Shown here in pieces: positions 27,176 through 42,112 of a DNA stretch of 64,000 nucleotides; the first letter of the stretch is position 1; the number at the start of each line of letters is the position of its first letter. This stretch comes from the human T2T-CHM13v2.0 reference genome, Homo sapiens: assembly GCF_009914755.1 (NCBI RefSeq), contig NC_060941.1; one strand, written 5' to 3'. The position numbers were made by a program, and so were the translations under genes. Under the pieces are notes generated by a model, which was not told the DNA's origin, did no database searches, and saw nothing but the letters and a program-made list of their open reading frames with translations.

Positions 27176-28459
27176 TGAGGAGCACATATTGTTTTTATTA
27201 TCATATTCGTGTTCCCAAATCCAGAGGTCGTCTGGCTAGGCAGAGCCATACTTTGCTCTCCCAAATTCAGGGCTCACTTCACCCCATGCTCACCTTACAT
27301 TGGGGCCTTCTGCCCCTGCTTCCTGGGCACTTCAGCCTCTGAGTCAAGAGGGTGGTTGGCTGAAAAGCAAACACTGTAAGTCCCTGCCCCTGAGACGCAG
27401 CAGCTGAAGAAAGCAAGCTTTCAAGAGCATTTGCTTGGCAGCCAAAGCCCTCTGATGAATCAGGGACCTTTTCTGATGACTTACTTTATTCTAGGTGACC
27501 TGCTGGGCCATATCCCACTTCCCTCCAGGGTGCTGAGCCGGCAGGAACGAGCATGCGGAGGAGGCAAAAGGGGATGGAGATGGATTTGTGCTTAGAAATA
27601 AGATGTGGAGGAGTCCGCCTCAGGTCCCCAGGAGAATCTGTATTGCCTTGGCTGGAGCTGAGGGACTGGACATCCGGTCCCATGCACGAAGACCATCTGC
27701 CAGGGCCACCACCTCCTTCCTCCTGAGATGTCCTCCTCCCCAAATGCTCAGCCTCCCTGCAAATCATTCTACTTCTCTGTGGTCAGTGTACAGAGAGGGA
27801 TTTGGAAATGGGTTGGGGCTGGGGTAGAGCCACATAGAATACAGTGAGAATGATGCCCCAGGGCACTGCGGGGTCTCTGGGGTGCTTTTCATCCATTCGG
27901 CAAAATACGTCAAGCAACTACTGTCTAAGGTGTGGCATTCAGTGTCACAGTGAATAAGGAAAGGTTGTCCTGGGGGTCAGGAAGGGAAATGAGACCACAC
28001 ACAAGCAATCCCATCTCTAACCTGAGCACTGGCAGAAAGTAGCAGGGACTTCCTTCTAGGAAGGAAGTCACCATGTCCCAAGAAAGCTCAGCGGCCAAGC
28101 TTGCTGGGCCCTCTGTGGGAAGATGGCAAAAGCAGAAATTGACCTCGTCATCAATGAGTATGGCCCAGGGAGACAGATGGCAAGCTGAGCTCCTCACCTG
28201 GCTGATGTCTATTTCACTGAAGTCTGAGCTAGTCCAGCCGTTGGAGTCTGTGTGTCACTAGCATATTTGTAGGTCATAGAGTACTTGTTGGCTGATCAGG
28301 GCCCAGAGAGCAGCCACTGGGGTATCAGCCAGAACGTGGAGGTTGGGTTCAGGGCCAACACCAATGGGGTTGGGCTCTAGGGTGGGAGGTGCCTATGGAC
28401 TGTACCCTGGAGAACCCAAAGACCATAGCCACCTTCCAGGCCTTCTTTACCCCAAAGGC

Positions 28460-28873
28460 CTGTGATTTCCAAAGCTAGGTCATAAGCACATTGCAGCCTT
28501 CACTTGCTCTCTCTTGCATCCCTTCCTCTAGGGAAAGAGCCGCCATATTGTGACGATACTCAAGAGCCCCATGGAAAATTCCACATGAAGAGGAACTGAG
28601 GCCTCCAGCCAACAGCCAGCAACTACTTGCTCACCACATGAATGAGCCATCTTGGAAGCAGACTCTCCCACCCCCAGTTAAGCCTTCAAATGACTCTAGC
28701 CCTGCCAACATCTTGACAAAAGGCTCAGGAGAGATGCCAACCTAGAACCACCCAGCTAAGCTGCTCCTGAATTTCCTGAATCACAGAAACTATGGGCAAT
28801 AACAAATAGTTATTATTATTTGAATCCCTTAAGTTTTGAGGAAATTTGTGATGCAGCCATAGATAATGAATAA
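28460..28873 (+). mobile_element. MLT1F-like MaLR LTR (3' part)
   Basis: GAGGAACTGAGGCCTCCAGCCAACAGCCAGC...GAACCACCCAGCTAAGCTGCTCC...ATAGATAATGAATA. Confidence 0.8.
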
Positions 28874-29147
28874 AAGGAGTTTCCGTTCAGGTAGACATTC
28901 CTTGAGCTTTGATCTTTACTTGACCCTAGGAAGCAGGTGTTTCACCGAGCCTCCCACCTTATAGTCCTTTTCCCTGTACCTGCCTTGTCTTTTCCATCTA
29001 GTTCTTCTTGTCTATGCCACTTTACTTGTGATTTTCTCTATTTGGGGCCATCTAGGGATGTTTTTTAGAGCAAGATGGTCATGTTTAATTTTTTAAGCCA
29101 AAAACAGCTGTAATCGCCTTTTAATTATACATACAGGATAGAGACTG

Positions 29148-29501
29148 TGTTATGGTTAGGCTGTGTCCCCACCCAAATCCCATCTTGAATTGTAATAATC
29201 CCCATGTGTCAAGGCAGGGCCAGGAGAAGATAATTGAATCATGGGGGCAGTTTCCCCCATACTGTTCTCGTGATAGTGAATGCATCTCACGAGTTCTGAG
29301 TATTTTATAAAGGGTAGTTCCCCTGCACATGCTCTCTTGCCTGCCGCCAAGTAAGATGTGACTTTGCTCCACATTCGCCTTCTGCCATGATTGTGAGGCC
29401 TCCCCAACCATATGAAACTGTGAGTCAATTAAATCTCTTCCCTTTATAAATTAGTCTTGGGTATGTCTTTATTATCAGTGTGAGAACAGACTAATAATAC
29501 A
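29148..29501 (+). mobile_element. THE1 (A/B-like) solo LTR
   Basis: TGTTATGGTTAGGCTGTGTCCCCACCCAAATC...GAACAGACTAATAATACA; 5-bp TSD GACTG/GGCTG. Confidence 0.92.
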
Positions 29502-29714
29502 GGCTGGAAGGGGCAAGGACAGAGAAAAGCTCATAATTAAACCTCTGAGTCAGAGAGGGGTACATCCTGGCAGAAAGCCAATTCCTAAACTGACCACTCC
29601 TTGTCTAACTTGGGCGTTAAGTAGGACTTTTTGTTATTAAGATGGTGAACTTTTAGAATGTTATTTTTATCATTTGCCTGCCAAAATAGATTCTATCTTC
29701 TTGCCCCTTTGGGA

Positions 29715-30168
29715 TACATCGTTGGAATAATGGCCTCCAATTAATTCATGCCTGCCTGTACCCGTGCCCTGAGTAGCCCCCTCCTTGACTGATTCTGGGC
29801 TTGGCCATGTGTTTGACTTTGGCCAATGAAAGAATGGCAAGTGTGGCACCATCAGAGGCTTCGAAAGTGCTTGTGTACTAGGAGCCCTGAAACTACCTTG
29901 AGAAGAAGCCCAGGTCACCTCCTGGAGGATGAGAAGCAACATGGAGCAGAGATGGGCCATCTCAGCTGCAATTCTAGACCAACAAGCCTGCCACCTGCCA
30001 GAAGGCAAGCGAAGCCACCCCAGAGCCCCAGCGCCAGCCGAGCCAACAGCTTGCCATACGAATCAGCCAAACAGCCTAGAAAAGAACTGCCCAGCCAATC
30101 CACAGAAAACAGAAATAATCAATGTTATTTTAAGCCATTAAATGTTGAGGTGGTTTGTTACGCGTACA
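29715..30168 (+). mobile_element. MLT1H-like MaLR LTR
   Basis: GGGCTTGGCCATGTGTTTGACTTTGGCCAATG...TTTTAAGCCATTAAATGTTGAGGTGGTTTGTTAC. Confidence 0.75.
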
Positions 30169-30420
30169 CTTTCCAACCTCTATCCCACCATGTGTTGCTG
30201 GAGGACAAAGGTTCTATTTTATTTACATTTGCATTTCCATTCCATGTCTTTCCATGTGTATTTCCATTGCATGCCCTGTACACATGTATGGGCGTCCACA
30301 TGCACATGTGTGGCACATGACACACACACATAGAAACATGCACACATGTACATGCAACATGTATGCACACACACTTCTCTCACATGCTTAACTCCTAAAT
30401 TAATTGTAGACACGAATTTC

Positions 30421-30926
30421 TTTCTTTTTAGTTTAGTTTTTTTTTTTTTTTTTTTGAGATGGAGTTTTGCTATTGTTGCCCAGGCAAAGCACAAAGGCAC
30501 GATCTCTGCTCACAGGCACCCGCCACCACGCCCAGCTGATTTTTGCATTTTTAGTAGAGACAGGGTTTCGCCGTGTTGGCCAGGCTGGTCTCGAACTCCT
30601 GACCACAGGTGATACACCCACCTCGGCCTCCCAAAGCGCTAGGATTACAGGAGTGAGCCACCACACCCGGCCTCTTTTTAATTTTTGTTTTAGATTCAGA
30701 GAGTACATGTGCAGGTTTGTTATGTGGATATATTTCATGATGCTGGAGTTTGAGCTTCTACTGAGTCCGTCACCCAAATAGTGAATATAGCACCCAATAG
30801 GTAGTTTTTCAAGCCTCGGCTCCCTCCCTCCCTCCCTCCCCACTTCTGGAGTCCCCCGTGTCTATTGTTCCGTCTTTATAACCATGTGAATCCAGTGTTC
30901 AGCTCTCACTTATAAGTAAGAACATA
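30421..30926 (-). mobile_element. 5'-truncated old L1PA (PA15/16-like) 3' end with an Alu in its tail
   Basis: GTACATGTGCAGGTTTGTTA...GTCACCCAAATAGTGAATATAGCACCCAATAGGTAG; possible TSD CACGAATTTC / CATGAATCTC. Confidence 0.85.
30435..30672 (-). mobile_element. AluS with right-arm deletion
   Basis: TSD TCTTTTTA(G/A)TTT; about 60 bp missing from the right arm. Confidence 0.9.
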
Positions 30927-31929
30927 GCTGCATGAATCTCAAGCATCCCTTCTGCAACTTCCTGTTGGGATTTTTCACTGCACTGTCAGTGCCTGGCAGC
31001 CCCAGACAGCAGGTGTAGACGCCCTGCATTCTCAGGCTTTAGAGAAGGTCACTCTAAATCCTGACCGGGACACGGTCCTTCCCCTTCCAATGCTTCAACA
31101 CCATAGACAGGTGGCGGAGGGGAAGAGCTGTCAGCGTGTTCTCGGCTAGCTGGGCGATGAGACCTGCAAGAGGTGGTGATGGAGACCTCACAGGGCAACA
31201 GAGACCACCCCCCTTAATTCCTTTTCCAGGGGTAGAACTTATGGGGTCCCAGGCCAGCTGCTGGAACTACCTCTGTCTACACAGTTGAGACTTTCCCCTG
31301 GCTGGGGCCTGAGTGAACTTAGCTATGACCAAAGTTTCTCGTGGCAGCCTGAGGGACTTTTTATAATCTGTGCTGTGATCTGAGCCTGAGAAATACCAGC
31401 CTGCCTCCCACTGGCCCCATAACAACAGGGCGCTTAACTCACCATCCTCTACATTCACCACTTGGGAGAGCTTCTCAGAGATTACGGGGTCCAAGGTCAG
31501 GCTTTCATTCTGAAGCAGCCCAACATTCAGAGCTACTTGCCAGAGACGGGCAGGTTAGACATAGGCCATGCCTGGGATCTGGGTCTGCACCAGGCTTGGT
31601 GCCTTACCTCTGGCCCTGCAGTCTCCAGCCTGGTGGCTGGTCCCAGGGAAGCCTTCCTCCTGCCCCTGTGAATGCCTGGGACCTGGAATTATTCCCCTGC
31701 TCTCAGTCCCAAAGGCCTAAGCCAATTCTATGAGAAATGCTCAGAAACTACTGCTTTTAACAAAATGTTGCCCCTAGATACAGTCAAACACTGTTTCGGG
31801 AGTGTAAGTTGCTGTAAGCTTTATGAGGATAATTTGACAATATATATAACATTTTAAAGTGGTCATTCCATTGACATAGCACTTTTACAAATTTACCTTC
31901 AAGTATACAAAGTTTAAGAATATTTAATT

Positions 31930-32385
<456 letters not shown>

Positions 32386-32759
32386 TCACACTTTTTAGGG
32401 TGAGAATAGAATACTCAAATATTACCTAATAATACTTATTTTTTATTTAGTTACATATTTTAAAGCATGTTATATAAAATAATAATTCAGAAATATTGCT
32501 TTTTTTCTACCCCTATATTTTGTGAAATAACCTCTTTCCGTTCATTTTTAACTGAGCGTCCTGGGCACCACAAATCCCCTTTTGGGTCATTGAGTAATTT
32601 TCAGAATGTGCCATCTCAGTGGAGATTTTATTCTGGGCCATCGGGGAACATTTACTTCATATGAGGACAGGCTTTCATTTGGTTTTGTTTCATCCATTCA
32701 TCTTGCAAGGGAATATTCATGCTTTCCACAAGAGAGGTAGCTACTTACTTACCATATTG

Positions 32760-33020
32760 CTTTTTTTTTTTTTTTGGCAAGGTCTCACTCCATCACCCGG
32801 GCTGGAGTGCAGTGGCACGATCACAGCTCACTGCAGCCTCAACCTCCCAGGTCTAAGTGATCCTCCCACCCCAGCCTCCCAAAGTAGCTGGAATTATAGG
32901 CACGAACCACCAGGCCAGCTAATTTTTAGTATGTTTTTTGGTAGAGACCAGGTTTCTCCATGTTGCCTAGGCTGGTCTTGAACTCCTGGGCTCAAGAGGC
33001 CTCCCAAAGTGCTGGGATTA
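32760..33020 (-). mobile_element. AluJ, 5'-truncated
   Basis: CACAGCTCACTGCAGCCTCAACCTCC and CTCCTGGGCTCAAG AluJ diagnostics. Confidence 0.9.
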
Positions 33021-33149
33021 TGTATTGCACTTTAAAATACTATTTAAAGTTCTATTTACAATACCATTGAGTAAAGTCTAATAGAGGAAATGTAAGATAA
33101 TCTTTATTTTCGAGGGAATTATTTTTAAATCTTGCCTTATATTAACTTA

Positions 33150-33520
33150 TGCACAATAAATGTCTATCAATAAGGGTTTCCCTTAATCAGTTATGGCACA
33201 GCCATGCAGTGGAGTACTATATAACCTTTAAACAGATCAAGAGATCTTGAGCACAGAAGATGTCTGCAGTGTATTTCTGAATGAAAAGAGCAAACTGCAG
33301 AACAATATATACAGTCTAATTCTATTTTTCAATACATATATGTGTTACTATCCACAGAAAATGATACAGATTAAAATGTCATATTACTAATAGTTACTGA
33401 AATTGATAGGATTGTGAAAGCTTTCACTTTTTCTTCCTATATATCTGTTGTCCTAAAATTTTCTTATAAATGAGTATAGCTTCCTTTTATAATTATAAAA
33501 AAGGTTAAAATTAAAAATAA
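33150..33520 (+). mobile_element. ancient L1ME-type 3' fragment
   Basis: AAATGTCTATCAATAAGG...ATGCAGTGGAGTACTAT...; AT-rich. Confidence 0.55.
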
Positions 33521-34482
33521 ATGTATTGTGCCAATCCTAAAATTACCAACCATAAGTTGCTCATCAGATTTATATGATAGACTTCATGATGCTTAATATT
33601 TGTGGATAAATTATCATTTCTGCTGTATAGATAATGCCACTTCATAAATATACAGAAAATCAAGTGGATTTCCAAAATCCGAAATAGACTCTCCTATAAA
33701 TTAAAGGAGACTGAAGACCCTGGCATGATTCTCAGGGAACAAATGTTTCCATTGTAACCCCCTGAACTAATCCATGAGGACATACCAACCTCAGGGCTTA
33801 GAAGCTCTTGCAGGGGCCTCCTGGCATTGTGACTAAAACCACAGTTACATTCTCTTTTAATGAGCCCACAGGCACACCAGAGATCCCTGCTGCATTCGTC
33901 AGGATGTGCTAGGGGACAGGCTCGCTATGGACAACCAGTCCCCCACTGAGAGCTAGAAAGCTGGGTAACGTGAGACACCCAGGAGCTCTCAAGGCAGGAG
34001 GACTTGAACAGGCAGGCCAGGACCCCAGAGTGAAGGGAGACCCCATGGGCTAATCATGACATTCTACACTTCTTTCCTTCCTGGGGTGTCTGTTGATCCA
34101 TAAATGGCTTGGACAGAGGGCCAAGAAGCTCACAAGACAACAGCCCCTAAGAGACGGAGAAACTGAGCCGTTTCAGCCATCCCATGGGGCTGGATGCCAA
34201 GCATTGGAATTCAGATCTATTTAGGAAGCCAGGATTTATAGGGATCAGGAGACAACAGGATCCCAGAGAGAAAAGAAGATGCCCAGAGAAGTCAGTTCGA
34301 CACACTGGGCCACTGTTGTTTGCAAGGCACTCAGCGGTTTCGAAGTGGCACAGGCCACGAGGAGGTAGGTGGAGAGGCAGAGGCAATATCTGAAGAGATA
34401 CCGGCTGGGAATTTTCAAACCTGACAAAAGACATCAAGACACATATTCAAGAAGCACTTAGAACCCCAAGCAGAAGCATTAT

Positions 34483-34484
<2 letters not shown>

Positions 34485-34534
<50 letters not shown>
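34485..34534. repeat. (AC)25 perfect microsatellite
   Basis: Direct inspection. Confidence 0.97.
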
Positions 34535-34538
<4 letters not shown>

Positions 34539-34851
34539 TCACAGTCTCCCTGGTACATCATCATAAACTTGCTGAAAGGCAAAGACAAAAAGAATATATC
34601 AAAAGCAACAACAACAACAAAAACATATTAGCTTCACAGGATCAAGAATTCAAATGATAGCTGATTCTCAACACAAACGTGGAATGGAATGACATCTTTA
34701 AAATTCCAAAAGAAACCAAAAATTGACTAGAAAACTAAAATATCCTTCAAAAGCAAGGTGAATAGACCCAATAGAAATGCAAACATTTGTTCACCAAGAG
34801 ATATGCACAAGAGGGTTCACGGCAATGTTAAATACTATTATACTAATGTCA

Positions 34852-35212
<361 letters not shown>

Positions 35213-37231
35213 TCAGCACCCATCAACATTAGAAGAGATAAACTGTGGTAAGATTTATAACATTGAATGCTACATGGCAATGAGAATGAATGAACTAGGA
35301 CTATACCTAACAGCCTGGAAGAATCTTTCAGACACTGAATGAAGATGGCAGAGACAAAAACAACAACAAGCTAACCTTTGTTGTCAGAAACCAGGGCAGT
35401 GTTTACCTTAGGAGCAATAGTGATGAGAAGAGCCTTGGGAGGCAGCAGGCGGGCGGGGGAAGGGGGAGGTTCTGGGGAACTGGTAACGTTCTGTTTCTTG
35501 ATCTGGGATCTGGTTTCATAGCTATATTCACTTAGTGAAAATGTATCAAGCTGTGCATTTATAATGTATGTGACTTTCTGTATGTATGCTAGACTTTAAT
35601 AAATAATTTACATATAACATGGAAGCTAAACTATAATTTTTACAAGACAAATTCGAGAGAAAGAGCTAATATTTAGTGCCAAATGCACAGTAGGTGGTGA
35701 ATAATTTTTTTAAAGCCCAGAGAACCCTCAGATGTAAGATTACAGATCCCCGGCTTTCCCGGCGTTCCCGGCTTTTCTCTAAGCAATGACTCACACCTTT
35801 ATTTAGTATACCTAAAGTTTTTTCTAATTACAAGAGGGAATATATAATTATTATAAGAAATTTAGAAAAATATAGAAAAAAAGTAAGGAAGAAAAATGTA
35901 AAATACCCACAACCCCACAACTCCAAGTTTATGTAAAGTGTTTTTATTTCTGATCATCTTTTTGCACACTTGTACACTAATGTTGTGTAAGTGTGTGTTT
36001 TTACCTTATTCATTTAGCAGCATGCAATAAACACTTTTCTTTGTTATAATGAAGTAAAGAAATAAAAGTGAGGGTAAGATAAAGACATTTCCAGACTTCC
36101 CCTCAAAAAAAAAAAGGAAAGAATTTATTGCCAACAACTCACACTAAAAGATAGGTAAAGAGGAGATTTTTGAGCAAAGGAGTGTAATCCCAGATGGAAA
36201 CTAAAAAAATAAGGCAATAAAGAAAATCCCTGGAAAAGGTAAACATTTGGGCAAATATAAATGAATTTTTACTACATAAAACAAAATGAATAGGCAATAA
36301 AAATTCAGGTTAAAACATAAAAAGGATTAAATGACAAGGAAACAATAGCATAAAAAGGCAGGAGGGGTAAATAGTGTAAAAGCTTTCCAAAGTTCTGGCC
36401 TTGTCTGGGAAGTGGTAAAAGTTTTGCTCTATATTAGTCTTCAGTAAATCAAAGATGCATGCTATAACCTCAAGTAGAATCACCACTGCAAGAATAGTAA
36501 AAGACAGTCTCACTAACAAGCTAATGACAGAGGAAATGAAATAATAGGATTTACTCATTTCATCCCAAAAAAAAGGCAAGGAAGGAAAGAAAAAAATGAA
36601 CATAGAATAGATGGGATAAATATAAAACCCACAGTAAGATGGTATGTTTAAACCCAAACAAATCAGTTATTGGATTAAATGTTCAACCAACATGCCAACA
36701 TTTATTAAACAATATATAACAAGTGTTAAAGGTTGGACTAATATGGCGAAAATTGGACTGAATACTCCAATTCAAAGATGAAGATTTTCAGACTCGATTT
36801 TTTTTAATCAAACTATATGCTCCTTATGATATCACAGAAATGCTGAAAGTCAAAGGATGGAAAACAGCACAGGTTTATTTCTGGCTCCTGTAAGGGGCAC
36901 CAGGCTCTGGGTGACCTCTGGGGCATGACTGGGCCTCCACGACCTTGGTGAGTGTCACGCAAGCATTCAATGCTCCCTAGAGGATGTGGCCAGCATTGCT
37001 GTATTCACATTTCATCGCCAAGGCACACCACACGGCCGCCACTCCCTCCAGGGACCAAGGAGCACAGCCCTTCATGCACAGAGGGAGCCCAGTGCCACAC
37101 GGTCCCTGCAGGTGGCCAGCCCAGGGGGAGAGACCAAGAGTGGGCTGTGGCTTTCACTTTTGGCCATGGTCAAAGACTTCACCTCGGCCGGTCTCCAGCA
37201 GATGTCCTCTCCTGGTCATAACAGTCAGGGC

Positions 37232-37554
37232 AGCTGGGCATGGTGGCTCATGCCTGTAATCCCAGCACTTTGGGAGGCCGAGGCAGGAGGATCACTTGAG
37301 ATCGGTAGTTTGAGACAAGCCTGGGCAACATAGCAAAGCCCCGTCTCTACAAAAAAAATACAAAAATTAGCCAGACATGGTGGCATACGCCTGTAGTCCC
37401 AGCTACTTGGGAGGCTGAGGTGGGAGGATCATTTCAGCCCAGGAGGTGGAGGTTGAAGTGAGCCGAGATCGCCCCACTGCATTCCAGCCTAGCCTATAGA
37501 TCCAGACCATGTCTCAAAAAACAAAAACAAACAAACAAAAAAAAAAACAAAAAA
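37232..37554 (+). mobile_element. AluJ-like
   Basis: Full dimer; GGTGGGAGGATCATTTCAGCCCAGG; TSD CAGGGCA. Confidence 0.93.
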
Positions 37555-37834
37555 CAGGGCAAGCACATACATGGACAGCTGGAAACCCATCTCGCCCGCA
37601 CCTGCCCTCCTGCCAGGTGGTCATGGGCCTCACTTGGTCCAATTTTGTCCAGGTCACCAGTGGTTTCAGATTTGGATGAGAAGATAATGGCTTCACCTTG
37701 GATGCTCTGGGCCGATGCACTTGGGGAAGATTCTGTGAGCTTTTGGATTCTGGGAAGAGTCGGCATCCAGTAGGCAGTAAGGTGCACATGCCAGGGGCTC
37801 AGGGGAAGCCTTGCCCTAGAGACACAGGTGCAGA

Positions 37835-38030
37835 TGTGCCCCAGTTATCTTTTGCTGCACAAATAACAGCCCCCAACTTGGTGGTGTCAAATGGCCATTT
37901 TATGATGCTCATCTGTGGGTCGTGAATTTGGATGAAACCATCCACAGCATGGACGGTTTGTGTCTGTGCTGGGGAATCTAGGACCTCAGGTGGGAAGAGA
38001 TCTTGGGATGGGAGTGTGTGGCTGTGAGAC
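37835..38030 (-). mobile_element. MLT1 LTR 3' fragment
   Basis: CAGTTATCTTTTGCTGCACAAATAACAGCCCCCAACTTGGTGG...CTGTGGGTCGTGAATTTGG. Confidence 0.6.
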
Positions 38031-38828
38031 CCAATCTCCATCCTGACCTGAGAAACGGTGTGACCTCAATACCGATGAGCTGTCAGAGGGAAATGAAGTG
38101 CCCGGCCACTTCCCTGGAGGCGCACGCCTCCCCTAATCTCCTCTCTCCACACCAAATGCGGGCCTCGAGAGGGGGATCCCAGAGACCCCAAGGCCCATGC
38201 GCTGCTGCCCTCTGGAGACACCCCAGCCCCCCCGCTCCTCCACTCACACTCACACACACACCCTCACGCATGTATTCACACATCCTTGCACACATACACT
38301 CAGACCCTTCCGAACAGGCAAGACGGTGCCTCTTGCTCAGACCCCTTCCCGGACCAAAGGACAAACAGTGAAGCACGGGCTAGAGCCCTCCTCACCCAAT
38401 TGTCATTTTTATTGGTAGCCCTGGATTCTTCCGGCAGTGGAGAGGGAGGAGGTGCTGACGAAATCTCACAGGGAAGCTGATGAGAAGCAACAGCCAAGAA
38501 CTGCCCACTCGTGGGAGCAGCCTGTCTCTTCCCACCTCTGCCAGGAGGGTGTGGTCACCAGAATTCCCCAGCTGGACAAAGGAGGTCGAGGGAAGGTCAC
38601 CCCTCCCAGCAAAGTAAGGAGAGTGCCCTGTGCCCTGTGCTCAGGAGAGATTGGGGCCGCACCCACCTGGCATTGCCACACCTCTGGCCTCTGCGCTCCC
38701 AGTCCCTTCATCACTGCAAGCCTCGGTTCCCGCCTCTGTCAAATGGGCATTTTCATGTCATAAAGCTTCCCAGGTCGTTTTCGGAGAATTCCATGGCAGC
38801 CCTTATGAAAGCACCCTGTACACTGTTA

Positions 38829-39173
<345 letters not shown>

Positions 39174-39719
39174 TTAGTGGAGGGGGCAGAGGACAGATTC
39201 TGGGAACTGTATGTGCACTCAGGACCTCTTCCAGCATTGCATGGAAATGATCTCTGGGGCCTAAGGAAGCAAGGGGAGGGCCGTAAAGGGTGCCCCGGAG
39301 CCAGGAAAGGGCATGGAGGCAGTGTGGCCTGTTAGGCAGGTGGCATCACAATTTCTGCCAGGCCCTGCCTCACCCCAAACGGTTTCCAGAAAAGGCACTG
39401 TTGCCGTGGGAACACTCGTCCAATTATTCTACTTTGCAGAAAATCACTTTTCAGCCAACTTGGTTAGAACACGTCCCTTCTACAGAGCAAAAATTGCATC
39501 TTGGTTTTTGACCTCACCCATGACCAAATATTTGAGTGGAGAAGTGGCCAGAGGACTCAGGCCACAAGAGAGATGGTCATCTAGCGGGAGATGGCAGGAG
39601 AGACCCAAGCCCTGTAATAAACCGCAGGTGGACTCCAGATGTCTGCAAATTGACAGACGAGTAGGAGCCTCCTTGAGGGACGAAGGGACAGCAGGAGTGG
39701 GGAAGGATTGAGGTTGCTC

Positions 39720-40500
39720 GATTCCACTCAACCAGTGGCCCTGAGGGCCAGGCCCTGCTAGACACTAGGAAAGCAGAGATGCTTCCGACACCACTTTCTG
39801 CCTCTGTGGGGGGCTCAGAGTCCAAAGGGGAGTGGACACTGGTGAGCAGATTAACAATAAGTGACAAGGACAAAGATAGAATATGTTCTAGGTAGTAAGA
39901 AGTAGCTCAAGGGAGGAGAGAGAATGGAGGAGGGTAACTTGGAGGCTGGGTTTTGACGTATGAATAGGAGTTTGCCAAGCAGACAAAGGGTAAGGGAGGG
40001 TGCTCTGGGCAGAGGAAGCACGAGTAAGGAATGGAGTCATGCAACAACAAAGTACATTATGAGAACAACAGGTTGTTGAGCAGCGTCCCGGTGGAAAACA
40101 CCAAGGGGGAGAGACAGAATCGTCAGGTTGGAAGCTGAGTGCGCCCTGCAGAGTCCGGTGTTTGGCCTTTGTGCAGTGGGAAGAATCCCCATCGGACTGG
40201 CATTTGACAAAGGCAGGCAGGACAGAGGGCAGGAAGGAAGGGCAGAAGACCAGCCAGGAGGCAAGAGGCAAAGAAGCCTGAACCGGCGCCAGTGTCAGGC
40301 AAAAGGAGCAGGAAGAGAGGATCAGCAGGCCTGGGTCTTGGGGGATGGAGGGCCAGGGCCAGGAATGAGGAGAAGGCCCTGCCAGTTCTCAGCCTCGGGA
40401 GACAAAGTTTAGAGATGGCTTGAACCAAATGGGGGACAGAGGAAGGCTTGGTCTGGAGGGTGGAAATGGGGCAGATTGAGTCACATTGAGGAGGAGGGGC
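39720..40500 (-). mobile_element. degraded L2 remnant
   Basis: GCTGGGTTTTGACGTATGAATAGGAGTTTGCCAAGCAGAC...GGCAGAGGAAGCA antisense L2 phrases. Confidence 0.55.
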
Positions 40501-40539
40501 CCAGGGAGCATTGAGGAGGTTGGCAGGTGTCAAGTGCTA

Positions 40540-40710
40540 TTGAGCCAAACTGCCTGAGTTCCAACTCCAGCACTGCAGAATACTAGCTGTGTGGCCTTAG
40601 GCAAATTACTGAACCTCTCTGAGGCTGTTTCATCTCTCTTATGAGGATTCACTGAAGTCCATGTGAAAAGCACGTAGCCCAGGAAGGGAGCTGATATGGG
40701 CTCTTAAGGC
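40540..40710 (+). mobile_element. MIR
   Basis: ACTGCCTGAGTTCCAACTCCAGC...TACTAGCTGTGTGGCCTTAGGCAAATTACTGAACCTCTCTGAG. Confidence 0.8.
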
Positions 40711-42027
40711 CCAGACTCCCTGGCTTCCTGGCCAGGGTCCTCCTGCAGCCTCCACGGCCTATGGCCCCTGCGAGACTCAGTAAAATGTGTTGCGTGCAGG
40801 GCCGCCCTTTACCAGGCCCATGAGCCTGCCTGGTGCCCTCCAGGGTGAAGACCACCTTGTCCAGCTGCCCCTCCTCCCCATAACTCACCTGGCCATGCTA
40901 GGCACAGCAGAGCGAAGATACATTTTCCCAAGCAAGCGAGACCCAAGTTACAGCTAGAAATGTATGGAATATGCTGTGTCACACGGAAAACGGCAATGCC
41001 TGAAATTCCAGGCTCCCTCCAGCTCCCCACTGAATGCACATCCTCCAGGGACATCCCAGAGGCAAAAGAGGTGGGAAGAAGGGGCAGGGCTCCCCCACAC
41101 CTGAGTCCCTGCTGTGGGTTAGGGATGCCCGTCTGATCTCAGACTGGCAGCATCTATTCAACCATGTCTACCTCGTTCCCTGAGGGTGGGAAGGACTCGT
41201 TCTCTTACACGACTTGTTTCACCTTTAGGAATCAGCGGACAGTGGAGCATAGCAAGGAAATCCTCCCACCACTCAAATTAGAACAAAAGGTGCCTGCAAT
41301 GGCTCTGCAGTGTTCCCCTCCTTCCTAGCTGCTTCTGGTGTGTGCAGAACCAACAGCATGATGAGGTCAAGGACCAGGCCAGGATCCGCTCAGCCCAGGA
41401 AGAAGGGAAGGCTTTCAAAAACCATGATTTGAACTCGCTTAGTTGCTCTTCAATGAAGTGCAGAGCCCTTGGTTCCCTGCACGCACACCAGCACGCCCAG
41501 CCTGCGCGTTCCTCTCTGCTCCTCCCGAGACACTGCAGGCTGCACCTACGCGAGCGCTTGGTCCTCCCTCCCTCGTGTCGTCTCAGGAGCTCCCTGCAAG
41601 AGGCCCACCCTGCCTATGAGTTCCTAGTCTCCGGGGCCCTGCCTTAGTTACTTTGCATGTGTTGATTGGACATTAATCCCAAGCTAGGTATTTTACCGAC
41701 CTGGGTGACTTTACTTTTTGGGGAACAGAGGCGTTCTTTGTCAGCTTGCCCGCTCTGTGGACTTTGTGTGCATGTGGGTGGCTGTGTTCAATGGATGACC
41801 TGCTGGCACTTGGGATGGAACAGTCCAGTCTCCTACCTCCTGGCTGTGCCTTAGAGAAGTCTGAGGAAATGACTTCCCTGGACAATACACACCTCTCCAC
41901 TAGATTGCTGCTGGCTCTTCACCAGCAAAGCCACCTGGAAGGTAGCTCTGGCATGGAGAGTTTTTCACCAACCCTGAGCTCCTCAAAGATGCTCACCTGG
42001 CTCAAGCCACTTCCACCTTCCTCCTTC

Positions 42028-42112
42028 TGTGCCTAGCACAGTGCCAGGCATGTAGGAGATGCTGGCAAATGTGTGTGAACTCATTCATTCATTCATTCAT
42101 TCATTCATTCAT
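42028..42112 (+). repeat. L2 3' tail followed by (TCAT)8
   Basis: GTGCCTAGCACAGTGCCAGGCATGTAGGAGATGCT; perfect (TCAT)8 at 42081-42112. Confidence 0.8.
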